Source: the human T2T-CHM13v2.0 reference genome, Homo sapiens
Reading direction: 5' to 3' (one strand)
Length of the DNA: 64,000 bases
Assembly: GCF_009914755.1 (NCBI RefSeq)
Contig: NC_060925.1
The stretch's first letter is position 1, and each line of letters starts with the position of its first letter. The translations under genes and the position numbers were made by a program. Below the pieces are notes generated by a model, which did no database searches, was not told where the DNA came from, and was given only the letters and a program-made list of their open reading frames with translations. Below are positions 40,279 through 56,559 of this stretch, one piece after another.

Positions 40279-42713
40279 TGAGATGGAGGCTTTTCTTTTC
40301 CTTTCTTGGGGTTTTTTGTTTTTCTTCCTCTTGCAGGGGGAAACAATGGGAACCGAATCACCACAGCGCTTTTTTTGAAAAATGTTATTTCTTTTCTCAT
40401 TTTGACAAGCAACTACATGGCGGAGGAGTAAAATTTGAAGGAGCGTTGTTATCGAAAGTGTAATCGCCCATGCCGAGATGTGGCTGTGTACATATTTGTG
40501 TGTGTGTGTGTGAATATAGGGGTATTCATTTATATCCACACAAACACACAGGCATGCCGAAAATACTGCCAACTGATCCAAAAGCGGCCCTCGGCACTTT
40601 TTACTGCTTTAAAAAAGTATCAGAGAAAGCAGAATTGTCAAGTTTTGAACAGCATTCCATGCCTTCTTGTTGAGGGGACTCTGTAACATTACGAAATAAA
40701 ATGTCCCAAGAACACTTTATTTGCAAATTTAGTTGACTCCTTACCTAATTCAGCGAGTTTGATTTTCTTTCTTGACTCTCCCGTCCAAAATTAATTTTTA
40801 TCTTTTCTCCTTTCTTCCCCCCTACCCAAAATACAAAACAACAAAAAAGCAGGGTATTTCTTTGTCAGTACTTGTCAGCTATCCAGAAAATATTTTGCAT
40901 TCACTTAATTTTGTTTTTTTAAAAAGTTGATGAAAAGGTGATTTTGTTTTTAGGCATATTTGTTAGTTTTAAGAGACTCAGATTTTTAGTTTAACTTTAT
41001 TGTCTCCTAATTTCAGCCGGTTTACTAACCTTCCGTGACACAGACAGCTATGTAGGGTCCTTTAAAAAGGGGTGGGGGGACAAAAATCAAGCATGCTCTT
41101 TTCCCCCATGCTTCTTTCAGGACCACTTAGAAATGAAAGCATTTATGAATTTTATGTATTTCAGTACTATAGGACATGAAGGTCTTCATTAAGGAAACAT
41201 AATAAACTGTGTAGCCTCTCAAGTTAATCCACTGCCAGGTATATGGTTCTCTACTTCAGGATTTTACAGTAAATTCTCTTTTAAAGTAAAACATAGACTA
41301 AGTGACAACCCGCTAACAGCTTGCCCAAGGCCGAACTCAAAAGGAAGAATTTTAAAAATCTAATGACCACATATGTCTGTACAATTACCCAGCTTTGTTA
41401 TATCTCCGAAGTAGCGTTTTTCTCTTTGAAAACCCTGTAAACAAATATACGCAACTCCTATACTTCAGATGACTTGGTTATATGGAGAAGACATCATTAT
41501 GTGTATTTCTGTCTACGTGAAATAAGAATCTGAGTTGAGAAAATGAGAGGAAGCAGTTAAAAACATAGATGTTATGAATTATACTCAATTTTAGCTGCAA
41601 GCACATGCAACATGTAAACTCAAAAGTACTAAGGTTTACGGGTGTTTGAAAACTTGGAAATGTTGAAAGACTCAAAGTATCCTAAGTTTTGTTTAAATAG
41701 GGGAAATTTTAAAAATTAATTGGTGCTCTCTTTGAATTTTATTATCTGAAGAAAAGCTAATAGGTATGGTAAGAGGAAGATTTCCCACTGGCAATTCTCT
41801 TTTGAATTGGAACATTTTTCTCTATTATATTGTTCTAGAAGAATACTCTCAGACATACCAATAAACTGGCTTAAAAATAAGTTTGTGAAGTGGAAGGGGC
41901 TAGTAAGAATAGATACTACTTTTTTGATGTTCAGTCTCTCTTCTTTTGTGAAACTGTGGACAAACAGGGCTTGGCGACTTCCCCCTTTCAATGGCCTAGA
42001 TGCAGAGAGAGATCAGATACAATTTTGGGATGGGGAAATTTTCAGTTCTTCCTCTGTAGCTGGCTCCATTTGTGTGCTGTGGAAATACAATATTTTTATA
42101 AAGCTGTGTGAGAATTTTTGTTTGCATTTGGGCCTATATATAATAATAGAATTAATTAAAACTATTTTAAAAGACCCAGGAAAGGTCTTTAATACTTTAA
42201 AGTATTTTCCATCTTTTTTTTTTTCTACCCCACATGAGAACTTACTAAAATCAACGCTAAGCTTTCTTTTTGGATAAACAATGTAACTCCACTTAGTAGA
42301 TAGTATGTCCTTTTTTCCTTTTTCTAGTCACACCTTTATAATGTGTATTTATTATTTACAAAAGTAAACCATTAATATTTTAGATATAATGTATGTGTTC
42401 ATTTTGATAGTCCTGAATTTTGACTTTATTACTCCCCTGCTGTACAGTACATAGGGCATGTTTCTGATCTCTGTTCTTCATGAGGATGTGTCTATTTTTT
42501 AACTTTCAAAGGGATTAAAAAAGAATTGCATGTGTTTTGAGTGCCAGAACTTTCCATTTATCTTTACACATTAATTTTAGTTAGTAGACAGAATTCACTT
42601 AACTAATAGCTGATATGATCAGTATTTTGTTTCCAAAACAGTATCATTCTGCTAAGTGGTTCCATAATAAAATAGAAGGAAAGGTATTGTTTTGTTCCTC
42701 AAGTGCATTCAGA

Positions 42714-42715
<2 letters not shown>

Positions 42716-42753
<38 letters not shown>
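42716..42753. repeat. (CA)n microsatellite, intron 1
   Basis: Perfect AC run. Confidence 0.95.
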
Positions 42754-42754
<1 letters not shown>

Positions 42755-43469
42755 AGGTAAATCACTAATCTAAAAGACAAAATTGCATTTATTTTTCCCC
42801 CAATGGGTGCAAGGTCCTAATTGTAAATAATTGAATTTCAACACCTGCAAATAAGCAGTGTGTGCACAGAAGCATAATGTGAACACAGAGAAATGAATTT
42901 ATTCCCCATATGGGTATGTTTGCCCCCTGGCAATGCATTTCCATACTCTTTAACTTGGGGACTGAAATGTTATAAATTGACAGTTCTACTCAGAAGACCT
43001 TTCAAGCATCTTGTGTTTATGAGAATACAGGGGCATCTGCGGAATGAATTCGAACACATGGATGAATTAAATTTGAAAACACACAGACCGAGAGGCAGAC
43101 AGTTCCTAGGCTGTGGTCGTTGCATGGATTTTACAAAACTGTTAACCTACACCTTTGGCTTTGCTGTGTTCATTGTCCTGGGAAGAATTGTGGGTTTAAG
43201 AATTACTCTTTGATTAAACTACTTAAAAAAAAAAAAAACCCTTTCCCTAAATGGGCATAATTTAGGTTAGTTCTGTTCTGTAGTTAAATCCCTACCCTCT
43301 CCCTGCTAATTAACATTATTTCTTTTTCTATGGCGGGACTCTGTATATTAAGTCATGAAAACAACTGAAGCATGCCACAGAGTTAGGGTTGGGTATATAA
43401 TTTTGTCTAAATGTTCAAATGTTTTCACCCTGTGCATTATCGGCAGTTTGATCTTGAGAGTCCACCTAA

Positions 43470-43592
<123 letters not shown>

Positions 43593-45676
43593 TAGCATTT
43601 TCTTTGGCCAATTAAATCACTTAACCAGCAGTCACAAATCTATTATTTAAATATTAAAATTTCAGAATACAAGTACTATGAAGGTTGACCTCATATTCGA
43701 ATAGGAAGTCCTAGCCCTGCTTTCCTTAAAAAAAAGAATCAAGTTTCTTTGACAGTTATTATCAAGCACTACTGGTTAATTTTCCAGAACTCTATTTCCA
43801 GCCTTTTTGAGATTGGGGCTAAAATATAGATTCTGAAAGGAAATTTATAGACTGATGTATCTTTGGGGCAAAAATATGAAAGTAAAAGTTCATTTTTTTA
43901 AGGAATATATTTTGGCCCATTTTTAAAACCCTAATTTTTTTGGAGTTGGGTGTGGGGGTGCTAAACTGTTGAAAGTTTCCTTTCCTTTTTTTCTTGTAAT
44001 TACACAAAGCAGCAGACTAGAGGTTCTCAACAGAGAGTGTTGTCAAATACCTTTGTGGAATGCGCTATACAACATTAGGTTATCGGTATTTGAGTGGCCT
44101 GTGATTTTATTGCAGGGAGAATCGTTGGGTTTAGGAGAGTATAACGCCATGAGATAATTCACTCTGTTGTTTTTCTACTTTCTAGACCTCGTTTCGTGGA
44201 CTAACACACTTATAACACATCCCAGGAGGGCATTTAAATTTTAAAGCAACAATTAAAAAATAGCAGTCATCAATCAGAGGTGTTCTTAAACAACAGATGC
44301 TCTGGGAAGGACATTTAGCGACATCCCCTTGTTTATTTTAATCCTTAATTTTCCAAAGTGGGTAAAGCTCTCCCTTGTAAGAAGAAAGATTTGAGAAGGC
44401 AATCTGAAACCAGGGAATAAAGATGAGGGACAAGGGGTGGTTATATAAAGCGGGAGCTTCTGCTGGGCTCTGACTTACCCGCTCGCTTTAGAGCAGTGCA
44501 AAGTACCTGACATCCTATTTATTTATTTATTTTTTACAACAAGGAGTGTAACAGTCAATAATTCATATCTAAACCATATAAGCAAGGGCATGACATGAAT
44601 GAAAGTGACAATAAATATGATTGCATGCTTGGTTGATATACATTGATAGTTACACATAAAAAAGGGGCGGGGGGAGAGGGCACACAGGGTGGCTTTCTTT
44701 TTGAGAGCTCTCTGTGTTTTTCTTTTAAAAAAATAGTTTCAAGATGTGACTGTTGAATGAATATGTAATTACTTGGGTCTTGAAATGCGTGTAAAATTAG
44801 TACGCAGCTCCTTTGTTGAATGTTATTTGTGTTGTGCATAACATTCTAGACAAAGCACCTGAGAAGTGATGTTCAGACCTCTAAGTCTTCCAGGTTGCCT
44901 TGCCAAAGCTTAACCTTATTGCAAACCTGTTAATTGCATTATTTTAGCTGTGAGACAACTTTTAAAAGATTTATGGACTGTGCATTCAAATATCAAAAGA
45001 GTTTTTTCCAGTTTGTCACACTTTTTAGTTTCTTTTTTCTATTAGCCCAGAGTAGGAAACTTAAGTGTGTGTGTATATATATATTTATATATATTTTTTT
45101 ATCTTCTCTCTTTTTTCTTCTTTGATCTCTGATGCTTATTTACTTTGAGTGTTTGGTTTGTTGAGATTTGTTTCTAACCAAGTATGAGTTCCTGCTGATC
45201 TTGTTTCATGAAATGTAGAATCAAAATATAAAAGCATATGTGATAATATGGACTAAAGAGAGTCTATTTTTGAAGATACTTTATCAGATTTTTATTGAAA
45301 GGAAGCCTGTCAGGGCACTTAAATGTACATTGTGGCCAAAGTGCTTAATTCTAGTTTCCTAATTAAAACCTACTGAGGCAGTAGATTAAAGTGGGTGGGT
45401 GTGAATAGAGATCCGGTTCAGGTGAGGGTTAAAGAGTTCGCTCCTTGTTCATGTTGGCTCAAGTATAATGATAGGAAGTAAAGTAGTCAGTCGTATTGGT
45501 CAAAGTAACATTCTAAAAGTTTTGTATTTTAAATTTTGTGTCAATACATTTAATGTTTAGAGACTTAAAAAAATCTAAATTAAGGTTTTTTGTGTTGTCT
45601 CTAGAATAACATATTTAAAAAAACAATTTACAAATAATGTAATTGAAAGTGATAAGAGTCATTGCCCCCTGTGTTA

Positions 45677-45680
<4 letters not shown>

Positions 45681-45711
<31 letters not shown>
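45681..45711. repeat. (CA)n microsatellite, intron 2
   Basis: Perfect AC run. Confidence 0.95.
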
Positions 45712-45712
<1 letters not shown>

Positions 45713-48700
45713 GTCTTGGATTAAGAGGGCACCCCTGGGTGAAAGTAGGGGAAAAAAAAGGCTTACCTCCCTCTTAGTCTTCAACTTGTGTGTTGGAAGG
45801 ATTGAAGGGAAGGCAAAAACCTCTCCTGGAATGTTGAGTGTTGTGTTAAAGGTAGGAGTCAACTGTGGTCTGCTGAAAAGAACCCTTTGATTCTAAAGCA
45901 CGATTACTTGGCTACTCAAGACCCTGGAACCTTCAATCTTTTTGCCAGCATATCTTTCATGCAGTTGATGGGTCGGAGGAACAAAGTGTCTGTAAAGTTG
46001 CAGGAGCTTTTTTTTTTTTTTCCCCCTCTTCTTCTTGATACAGAGCTGGTGAAAACATCGCTTGAGTGATCAGTTCACATACATTCCTTTATTGTTTGGG
46101 GACTTTTTCTATTGTTACTTTCAAGCCTTTTTGCATTAAATGAGTATTTTTGAGTTTCCATCTCAAGCATTATAATGCTTATAATAATAATAGAGGTTAC
46201 TTGATTTAGGGTGGGCTTTGTTTGTTTGTATTCTAACACGAAGTTCATACATTTGGCTCACCTAGGCAGAACTCTTGAGAGGAACTTGGTAATTGCATTG
46301 ATTTGTTATTTTTGCTTTTTTGCATTTGTTAATGATTTTATAGTTGGAAGACTTAGAAATAGATACAAAAACTGGCTAAGATGTATTACCAACCTTTTGG
46401 AACTTTAAAAATACATACACACATGCACGTAACACCCCAAAGTAGAAGGTGCCATCTGAATTACAATTGATTGATGGGTGTTTAAGTCAGAAATTACTGT
46501 GGGGATATTTAAAAAACAAAACAAAACAAAAGAACCCATGCATCTTCTTGCTTCAGAATGTGGGTAGTTTTTATTTTGATACATTTTCGCTTTTAAAAAA
46601 ATAAATGCTAAGAAGAAGTGCCAGCAAAATGCTCGGGTGGCAATTCTCAAAGAGCAGCTAAAAAACCCTGTCAAGACCTATAGCAATGTATATTTCACAT
46701 GTGGCTTTTATCTGCTCGCTCATTCTAGGAATACAGAGACAATTAGAGTTTTGGATCATTTAATATAACACTTTCTTTTGGATTTTTAAGATCCATTCCT
46801 TGTCTTCTGGCATATTAGTAATAGGCTAAGTTTTGCATATGTGTATATATGGTGGTAATGGGGTTGGTGGGATAGAAGAAAAGGAGAAAAAGTCAAGCAT
46901 ATTACATTTCTTTAAAAAAACCTTGAATATATTTTTAAACATTTCCTGATGTTTTTTATTCCTGTGTCAAAATCACGCAAGTTTAAAAATTAGGAAAACA
47001 CGAAAAATATTGAATGCCATTTACTAAGGAGAATATTTATAGATAGCAATGAATAGCTGCAATTGTTGTGAATAGTTTTTAATTTTAGAACATAATAGCT
47101 ATATATGGCACTTTTCAGCCAATTTTCCTCTGTGCATTGTCTGCATCAAAGTTAACGCAAATCAAATCTTTGGAGGAGGTTAAAAAAATTTATTTTTTGC
47201 TCCTTAACACCCTTTTGTTCTCTCTCTTTCCTTTTCTCTCTGTGTTCAATTAACACCCCCATCACAGAACTGTAGTGTGTGTGTGTTTTTTTAATTCTAC
47301 TACTTTATTTCACTTTTGACACCCTCCCTTATTATTCTCGCCTGCCACTTCTTTTTAATATAGCAATTACATTATGGGACTTCTCCTCTCCTCTCCCCTT
47401 TAAAGCATTAGAGAATAATTTGTGTGTCTATGTATATGTGTGTGTGTATGTTTGCATATGTAGGTGGAGGGGCGGTGGGTTATGGAAGGAAGCTAGAGAT
47501 TGCGGGAAGAGAATTCTGATGGTATTAGGCCTTGAGCAAAATAGGAGTAAAATAACTTTAAACCATTTAGAAGCAGCCTCTGATCAGATTCCTTTTGGGG
47601 TTGAAGTGGTAGGAGTCATTTTTGTAGAAGGTCATCGATAGCCAGCAAATGCAAAAACTTTTCTTGCTGATGAGAAAATTCAAGAATTTGGTTCATTTTT
47701 TTTTTTTCTCCCTCCTGGTAAAGATGCAGAGGAAAGAAAAGGGGATCAAATGAAAGGAACTTACAAATCAGTTTTACCTGATGCTATCTTTCAGGTACAG
47801 TGTGTTAAGGCAGAAGTAATGTGGTTAGACCCTATATTATTTATTTATTATAATGTGGATATAAGCCGTAGACCTACAACAATATAACTCTGACAGACAT
47901 AATATAAGAAGAACTTGTAATGAGAAATGACTTTTCTTTTTAGTCACTTTTGTGTATTCCATTTTTAGTCTACTACTAGAATTAGAACAATTCTGGCTTT
48001 TGAGAAGTGCAAAGAGCAATTTGGTCAAAGCTGCCAGAATGAGAATTTGGGAAATTTTGGTGTCATTTTTTTCTAACAATAGGAGTGTCTGTGAGGATTG
48101 GACATGAGAGCGATTTAGGTTATACTGAAGGATCTGGAAGGGGATTTATAAGCAGGGAAACATAGAACCTTGTGAACTAAGAGCTGTGGGGCATTGAGCT
48201 GGGCCGGGTGTGGGTGGGTTCTGTACAGTAGGCTGCACTGTTGGCTGAGAAGGGGGCATTACCTGCCTGTGTGTTTAGTTCACTGCTGGTGCCAGACCTA
48301 TTCACATGGTTTTGCCCCTGCATTCTGTTGACATCCATGAACTTTTTGTTGTGGTTGTTGGCAAAATTATAAAAATACCCCCAAACGAGCAAATAAACCA
48401 AAACCTAGATGTTGCACATAATTTAAATTGGAAGACATTTTCATTTGTAAAGCATGACCCTGACTTCTTTTGTGTCATAGGCATATCTTAGGAAAGCTTA
48501 TTCTTCAATTTGGTTTCAAATCTCTTTTAGATGGATGATACTATGTTTGAACTTGGTGAAGCGAATCTAAATATTCTTTTTATTGCTTTTCCTTTAAAAA
48601 AAAAAGTTTACCAAAGCACCACATGATAGAGACAGTGTCCTAGGTCCAGCTCCAAACAGCTCTTATTCATTCTCTTATGACCCTAAGAAGCACCCATTCA

Positions 48701-49429
48701 TTTTCATTGCCATATTAACCTGATTTGGAGGAATATAATAATTTTGGTTCCATTGCCCTTTACCTGCAATGGTGTGGTAAGATTTAAGGAATGCAATAAT
48801 TGATAAATAAGTAGAGAATTCATGAGTTGTTTGTGAAGTGCTTTGAGTTCCTGTGGGTTATGTAAATAATTAAGGCACTGTATTTTCTATAATAAATTAT
48901 CTCAGGATTCATATCTTATTTCACAGGATATCACTGCATTTCACTCTTTCAGGCTAAAAAAAATGTACGTCTACTGGTCTTTAAGTAATGGGGTAATCGA
49001 TCGTCGCTCATGAGGAAAGTTCTCTGGTTGTATCTTTGCCCCATCTGCATCTCAAAGATGGCACTTCTCGGAACTTAGCAGAGTGATCCCCAGAGGGGAA
49101 AAAAGGTGCAGGAATAGATTGTCATAAGATTATAACACCTATCCCCCATGATGGCAGAATAAGGTCAATAGTGTCTTACCCGAAGGTCTTCTTACCTCTA
49201 ACAGCTCTCTTTCAATCTCTCAATTATTGGTGGAAATTGAGATTGCAATGGGTGGAAAATTCATCCTTTTTGGTTTAGGTTGTAGTTTCAACTGCATCTT
49301 CTACTGAAACTTTTGTCATTAAGTAGGTATTGGGGTGGGTATACCTCACACTCTGTGCTAGTTCTGGACCTTCTACTAAGTAGTTATAAGACCATAGAAA
49401 AGTTGCTTAAATAATTTTATGATAAACTA

Positions 49430-50117
49430 TAATAGTAGTGGTTAAGGACCTGGTCTTTAAAGCCAGACTCTCTGAGTTTGTATCCTAGATCTTTTACTTC
49501 TTAACTGTCTGGCCTTATTCAAGTTAAAAAACCTCTCTGTGCCTCATTTTCCTTATTTATAAAATGCAGATCATAATGGTACTTATCTTAGAGGGTCGCT
49601 GTGAGGTTAAATAAGGTGATAGATGTAAATTACAGTGCCTGGCATAGAGTAAACAGTCAATAGCTGCTAGCTGTTATTATTTCTGGACTTGTTTTCTTAT
49701 ATGAAATAGAGAGGCTTATACCAGATGGTCCCTAAAGACAAAGCCAATTCCAAGACTCTGATTTTATGCTGAAAAGAGACAAAAATTGCTGAATTTAAGA
49801 TTTGCTTTCTTTTTTTCCTTGCATTTTTTTTTTTTTTTTTTTTTTTTTTTGTCAAGAGTCTCACTCTATCTCCCAGGTTGGAGTGCAGTGGCGTGATCTC
49901 GGCCCACTGAAACCTCTATCCCTGGGTTCAAGCGATTCTCCTGCCTCAGCCTCCTGAGTAGCTGGGATTCCAGGCATTCACCAGCTAAATTTTGTGTTTT
50001 ACTAGAGACGAGGTTTCGCCCTGTTGGCCAGGCTGGTCTCAAACTCCTGATCTCAAGTGATCCGCCTGCCTCGGCCTCCCAGTGCTGGTTTACAGCCGTA
50101 AGCCACCATGCCTGGCC
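49430..50117. mobile_element. MIR (~49430-49680, +) and Alu (49824-50117, -)
   Basis: MIR core CTCTCTGTGCCTCATTTTCCTTATTTATAAAATG; antisense Alu dimer. Confidence 0.8.
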
Positions 50118-50464
50118 CTGTTTCCCTTGCTATTCTCTTAAAGTGAGAATTAGCTATATCTGGCCAAAAGTCTGGGACAGATTGGAAGAAGAGGGGGAAA
50201 AGAGAATGGGTAAGAACAGAGGAAAAGTTTTTAAGCTACTTTAAAAACTTTTAAACTACAAACTGGACAACAACCGCTTGAAAAGCTAGAATTGCATATT
50301 AAGGATGGTGTTTTCTTAGCGTCAGCAACTGGAGGCATTGTGTAATCATAGTTAAAAACATTTCATTTTCTCTCTGAAGATACATAAGCCTATCCATTCA
50401 ACTTGCAAAGTTCCAAAGCAGGAAAAGTAGCACAAGTGAGTTTAGGGCAACCTGACCTTTTCTT

Positions 50465-51315
50465 TTTCTTTCTTTTTTTAAATTATACTTTAAGTTCTGG
50501 AACACGTGTGTGGAACGTGCAGGTTTGTTACATAGGTATACACATGCCATGGTGGTTTGCTCTACCCATCAACCCGTCATCTACATTAGGTGTTTCTCTT
50601 AATGCTCTCCGTCCCCTTGTCCCCCACCCCCTGACAGGCCCCAGTGTGTGATGTTCCCCTCCCTGTGTCCATGTGCTCTCATTGTCCAACTCCCATTTAT
50701 GAGTGAGAACATGCGGTGTTTGATTTTCTGTTCCTGTGTTAATTTGCCGAGAGTGATGGTTTCCAGCTTCATCCATGTCCCTGCAAAGAACATGAACTCA
50801 TCCTTTTTATGGCTCCATAGTATTCCATGGTGTATATGTGCCACATTTTCTTTATGCAGTCTATCATTGATGGGCATTTTGGTTGGTTCCAAGTCTTTGC
50901 TATGGTGAATAGTGCTGCAATAAACATATGTGTGCATGTGTCTTTATAGTAGAATGATTTATAATCCTTTGTGTATATACGCAGTGATGGGATTGCTGGG
51001 TCAAATGGTATTTCTGGTTCTAGATTCTTGAGGAATTGCCACACTGTCTTCCACAATGGTTGAATAATTTGCACTGTCACCAACAGTGTAAAAGAATTCC
51101 TATTTCTCCATATCCTCTCCAGCATCTGTTGTTTCCTGACTTTTTAAGGATCGCCATTCTAACTGGTGAGAGATGCTATCTCATTGTGGTTTTGATTTGC
51201 ATTTCTCTAATGACCAGTGATGATGAGCTTTTTTTCATATATGTTTGTTGGCCACATAAATGTCTTCTTTTGAGAAGTGTCTGTTCATATCCTTCACCCA
51301 CTGTTTGATAGAAGA
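50465..51315 (-). mobile_element. 5'-truncated L1PA (about L1PA7/8-like): 3' UTR and ORF2 C-terminus
   Basis: ORF2 remnants ([26 protein letters not shown]...MFIAALFTIAKTWNQPKCPS), poly(A), and 17-bp TSD CAACCTGACCTTTTCTT. Confidence 0.93.
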
Positions 51316-51419
51316 CAACCTGACCTTTTCTTGCCCTTCTAGTACATTCCTTATTTAGGAAAAATGTTATCTTTGTCATAAGGACAGCCTTGATTCATAG
51401 TAGATTTATTCTTCATTAT

Positions 51420-52075
51420 TTTTATAGCTTTCTTGAAATATATTTCTAACACCATGAAATTCACCCATTTAAATGATATACAGTTAGGTGGCTTTTAGTG
51501 TATTGACAAAGTTGTGAACCCATTATCACAATCTAATTTTAGAACATTTTTATCAGCCTCCTTGCCCCCTAAAAAAACCCAGTACTTTTTACCAATCAGT
51601 CCATATTTCCCCCTTCACCTAGTCCCTGGTAACCACTAACCTACTTGCTGTCTTTGTGGTTTTTGCCTATTCTGGACATTTCACATAAATTGAATCATAA
51701 AATATTTGATGTTTTTTGACTCATTTCTTCTGTTTAGCACGTTTTCGAGGGTCATCCATACTGTAGCATCTATCAGTACTTCATTTTTCTTTATGGCCAA
51801 ATACTATTCCGCTGTATGGATATACCACATTTTGCTTATTCATTATTCAGTTGCTACAGTAACTTAAGGAATGGACTTCAGTTACTGTTCACTTAGGTTA
51901 TTTCCATTTTTGACTATTATGAATAATACTGCTATGAACATTTGCTTACAGGTTTTTATGTATGAATATATGTTTTCATTTCTCTGGATAAGGAGTGGAG
52001 TTGCTGGCTCGTGATAACTCTATGTTTAGATTTTGAGAAAATGCCAAACGGTTTTACAGAGTGGCTGCAGTAGGC
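51420..52075 (-). mobile_element. Old L1M 3' fragment
   Basis: L1M 3' UTR-like strings (CCTATTCTGGACATTTCACATAAAT, GCTATGAACATT). Confidence 0.75.
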
Positions 52076-52128
52076 ACATTTTTTAAAAACAGCTTTATTG
52101 AGGTCTATTTGATATACAAAAATCTGTA

Positions 52129-52133
<5 letters not shown>

Positions 52134-52184
<51 letters not shown>

Positions 52185-52495
52185 TTTTTTTTTTTTTTTT
52201 AAGATGGTGTGTCCCAGGCAGGAGTGCAGTAGTGCGATCTTGGCTCACCACAATCTCTGCTTCCCAGGTTCAAGCGATTCTCCTGCCTCAGCCTCCTGAG
52301 TAGCTGGGATTACAGGCATGGGCTACCACACCCAGCTGATTTTTGTATTGTTAGTAGAGATGGGATTTCACCATGTTGACCAGGCTGGTCTCGAACTCCT
52401 GACCTCAAGTGATCCACCGGCCTTGGTCTCCCAAAGTGCTGGAGTTACAGGTGTGAGGCACCGCGCCCAGCCTGAGCTACCACGCCCAGCCTGGT
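52134..52495 (-). mobile_element. (TA)n microsatellite plus Alu
   Basis: TA run at ~52134-52182 abutting an antisense Alu tail. Confidence 0.9.
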
Positions 52496-53337
52496 GTATT
52501 CTTAAGTCATAGTGTAAATGGCACTAAGTTTTGTCTTCAGCACTCTCAGCTTTTCATTCTTTTCAATCTCTTTCTCCATTCAATGATGTCTCCTCTCTAT
52601 GTTTAGGACTCTACTGTGTTTATTGTCATGTTTGGTCAATACACTAAGAAAAAAAGTTTTTGATAAATTTATTTGACTTGAAGTATGCATGATCAGGATT
52701 TATGTGAAATCTCTGTTAGAACTATTTGCATTTTAAAGAGGAAAAAAAGTAAGACAAAGGAATGATTCTCCAATGTTGGAATTTCAGATGTCAGGTTCCT
52801 GGAGAGGAAGGCACTTTTGAAAAAGATTGGAGAATTTTCTGAATAGTAATCTAGTGTGACAGAGGGAGCATGGACTTTGAGTGAAACCATCCTAGCTTGT
52901 GTTAACATTAGTGAGCTATTGGATTTAACAGAGCTTCAGTGTTCTCATTTCTGTGGTGAAGATAATAATATGTATGATGTAGGATGGTGGGCTAAAAAAG
53001 ACACTGATGTAAAGCACATAGTTCAATGAGTATGCTCAACTAGTGGCCACTACTGTTATTTTTCTGAAACCACATGACAGAGTGTTGACCACCTTTCTCA
53101 TCAGTTTGGCCTTGTCGGTTCAGGTTGAGTTTTCTACTACCTCTGTCCGGGAGTTTTAGAGGTTCACTAACATGCTTCCTGACCCTGCTTTTATGTTAAA
53201 TGGTTGTCAGTGTGAGAGAAATAAAAGTCTCGGGCAAAACGCAGCAAAAGGCATCTCCACACTTTCACACCCCCCTCCCCTACTTCTAGAGTTCTGTGGA
53301 GAGAATCTCACAGAACAGTGCTTTTCAGTGAACACCT

Positions 53338-54138
<801 letters not shown>

Positions 54139-54964
54139 CCATAGAATAGTTGTTCTGGCATAACTCCGTTTTGTTCCTTTTTTGGCATAGTTTTTACATT
54201 CTGAGGAAGATACATGGTTGTTCCCCACTCAAACTTGAGCTGGTAGTTCTGTAGCAATTGAAATTGTTGCCTGATGAATAGCCGTGTTCCAGATTAAAGC
54301 ATATTTGAGACATCTTTTTCTGGAAGAGAACGTCCACCTTACACTATTGAGGTCACTGCTGGAAGCCGGGATGGGGTGGTTCCCCCACCTCCTTCTCTGT
54401 GTTTTTTGCTTCTTTCTTTCCATAGCTCTTCATTTTAGGTTCTTTCTTTCTCCTTAACAAAATCTTAAGTGTTCCCTAGAATAGACTGAGTGGGCCGAAG
54501 CAGTTCCTTGTTTTCTTTAGCTGTAATGCAATGGAACAAGTACAGAGCACTCCATGGTATGACAGGAGTTTGCTGGACCCTCTGCAGCCTCACACTGACT
54601 ACCTCTGTGGTAGCATATTATTTTGAGAACGCCATTTAACCTCTTAGTCTCAGGTTTCCACATCCATGGAATGGGTGACTCTAGAGAGCCTCTGATCTGA
54701 CTCCATATTCCATGGGTTGTGAGCCCCAACATGATCCCTGCCAAAGCTTAGATTCCTAGGACACTAGGCAGGTGGAACATTTATAAAAGAAAATTCTTTT
54801 TCATTGTTATGGCAGCTCTAATTTCTCCTATGAATCCTTATATCTTTCCTAGATGGTCATGTAAAACTGGTTATGGTGGTGTTAACGTTACCCTCCATCA
54901 ATCAAGTTGAATTGCAGAAGGCAAACTGAGAGGGAAAAAAATAGTGGAATTAAAAAAATTTTTA

Positions 54965-55357
<393 letters not shown>

Positions 55358-56559
55358 CTATGTATTTGCAGCTATTGGATTTTAGACTGGAAACTTGTCT
55401 TGGAATAGATTTCTGATTGCAGTATTGCAAGTGCAGAATACCTTCTTGAGTTCATATGGTAGAGCCCAGGAATTTAGGAAAGGAGTCTGGCCCTCACCTT
55501 GGAATGGTGGAGTTACTTGTTCAACGTTTGCCTCAGCTGAAATACTGAAATAATTTCTGTTTCCCACCTGTCAGTGGGGCGTTTGCAAACTTACAGTGAG
55601 GATATTTAGAAAGATGTTTGAGTTTCCCTAAGAAAGTGTGGTCAGTAAGTATGAGAAAAAGTTTATATATTTGTCTTGCTTTGAGACAGGTTGAATCTGC
55701 CAGTAGGTCAGAGGAATACATTTACCTAGTAGCCTGTGCTGGTAGGGCAGAGAGAGTCAGTCGTTTTTCCTGAGGGCGTTAGGTGATTTGAGACCTCAAG
55801 TGTTGTCACTGTAAGAGAATCCTCCTTATAATTACCATTGTTAATAGAATTGAAACTTTGCATTTGTCTTTTGTCCCTAACAAAGAAAGACTCCCAGAGA
55901 GTCTAATGATGAGCCCTGCCTACATCCATTCTGAAAGGCACTCTATGGATATGAGGGTGTAGACGTTAATTCCTTTCTGTAGAATTTGCATGCAGAGGCT
56001 CTAGGGCCAATGCACCCTGCTTACATTAATAAATATTTAAAAACAAAGAGCGGGTAACACAAGCACATCTTTCCTTTGTGCATCCTCCTTACTAGGGTGC
56101 CTGTAATACCTAACATCTTGGGAAGGAAATGTCTGGGTGGGTGCGGGTGGGTGGTGATGCTGCGCGCAGCACCAAGTATAAAGGCCCAAGAAGTAACCAC
56201 ATCGTGTGAGGAATAAATTAAAGCAGCTTCATCCGGAGGCCAATTAAGGAAGAATGGGAAAAAAGAAAAAACAAAACCCAGCAACAATAAAACCCAAGAG
56301 ATGAGAGAGCATGTTCGTTCAGACCACGTAGAAAAGAGAAATTGAAGTCGTCTGGAAGGAGTTTAAGGGGATGCATCACAAAATAAAACTTTTGGAACCA
56401 AGAAACAGTGGAGAAGCCCGGTGGCGAGCCACATGGCCTTGTGCTAAGACGAGATGCCCTTTTCAGAAAGGATAATGATGATGCTGGGAGCTGGACCGTC
56501 GTAGATTGTCGCCTGAGTCTTGCTGTAAGACGCTGCACAATTAGATTAGAGGAGAGGGC

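Noticed and set aside
40290-40336. Strong acceptor-like polypyrimidine tract plus TGCAG just after the exon 1 donor
   Set aside because: It would define a 59-nt intron, below the usual human minimum, and I saw no convincing downstream donor or PBX-like coding continuation.
44430-44455. TATATAAAG with an upstream G-box in intron 2
   Set aside because: A short motif in AT-rich DNA with no supporting CpG island or exon structure.
50599-51379. L1 ORF2-like ORFs
   Set aside because: Frameshifted remnants of an ~850-bp 5'-truncated L1, not an active element.
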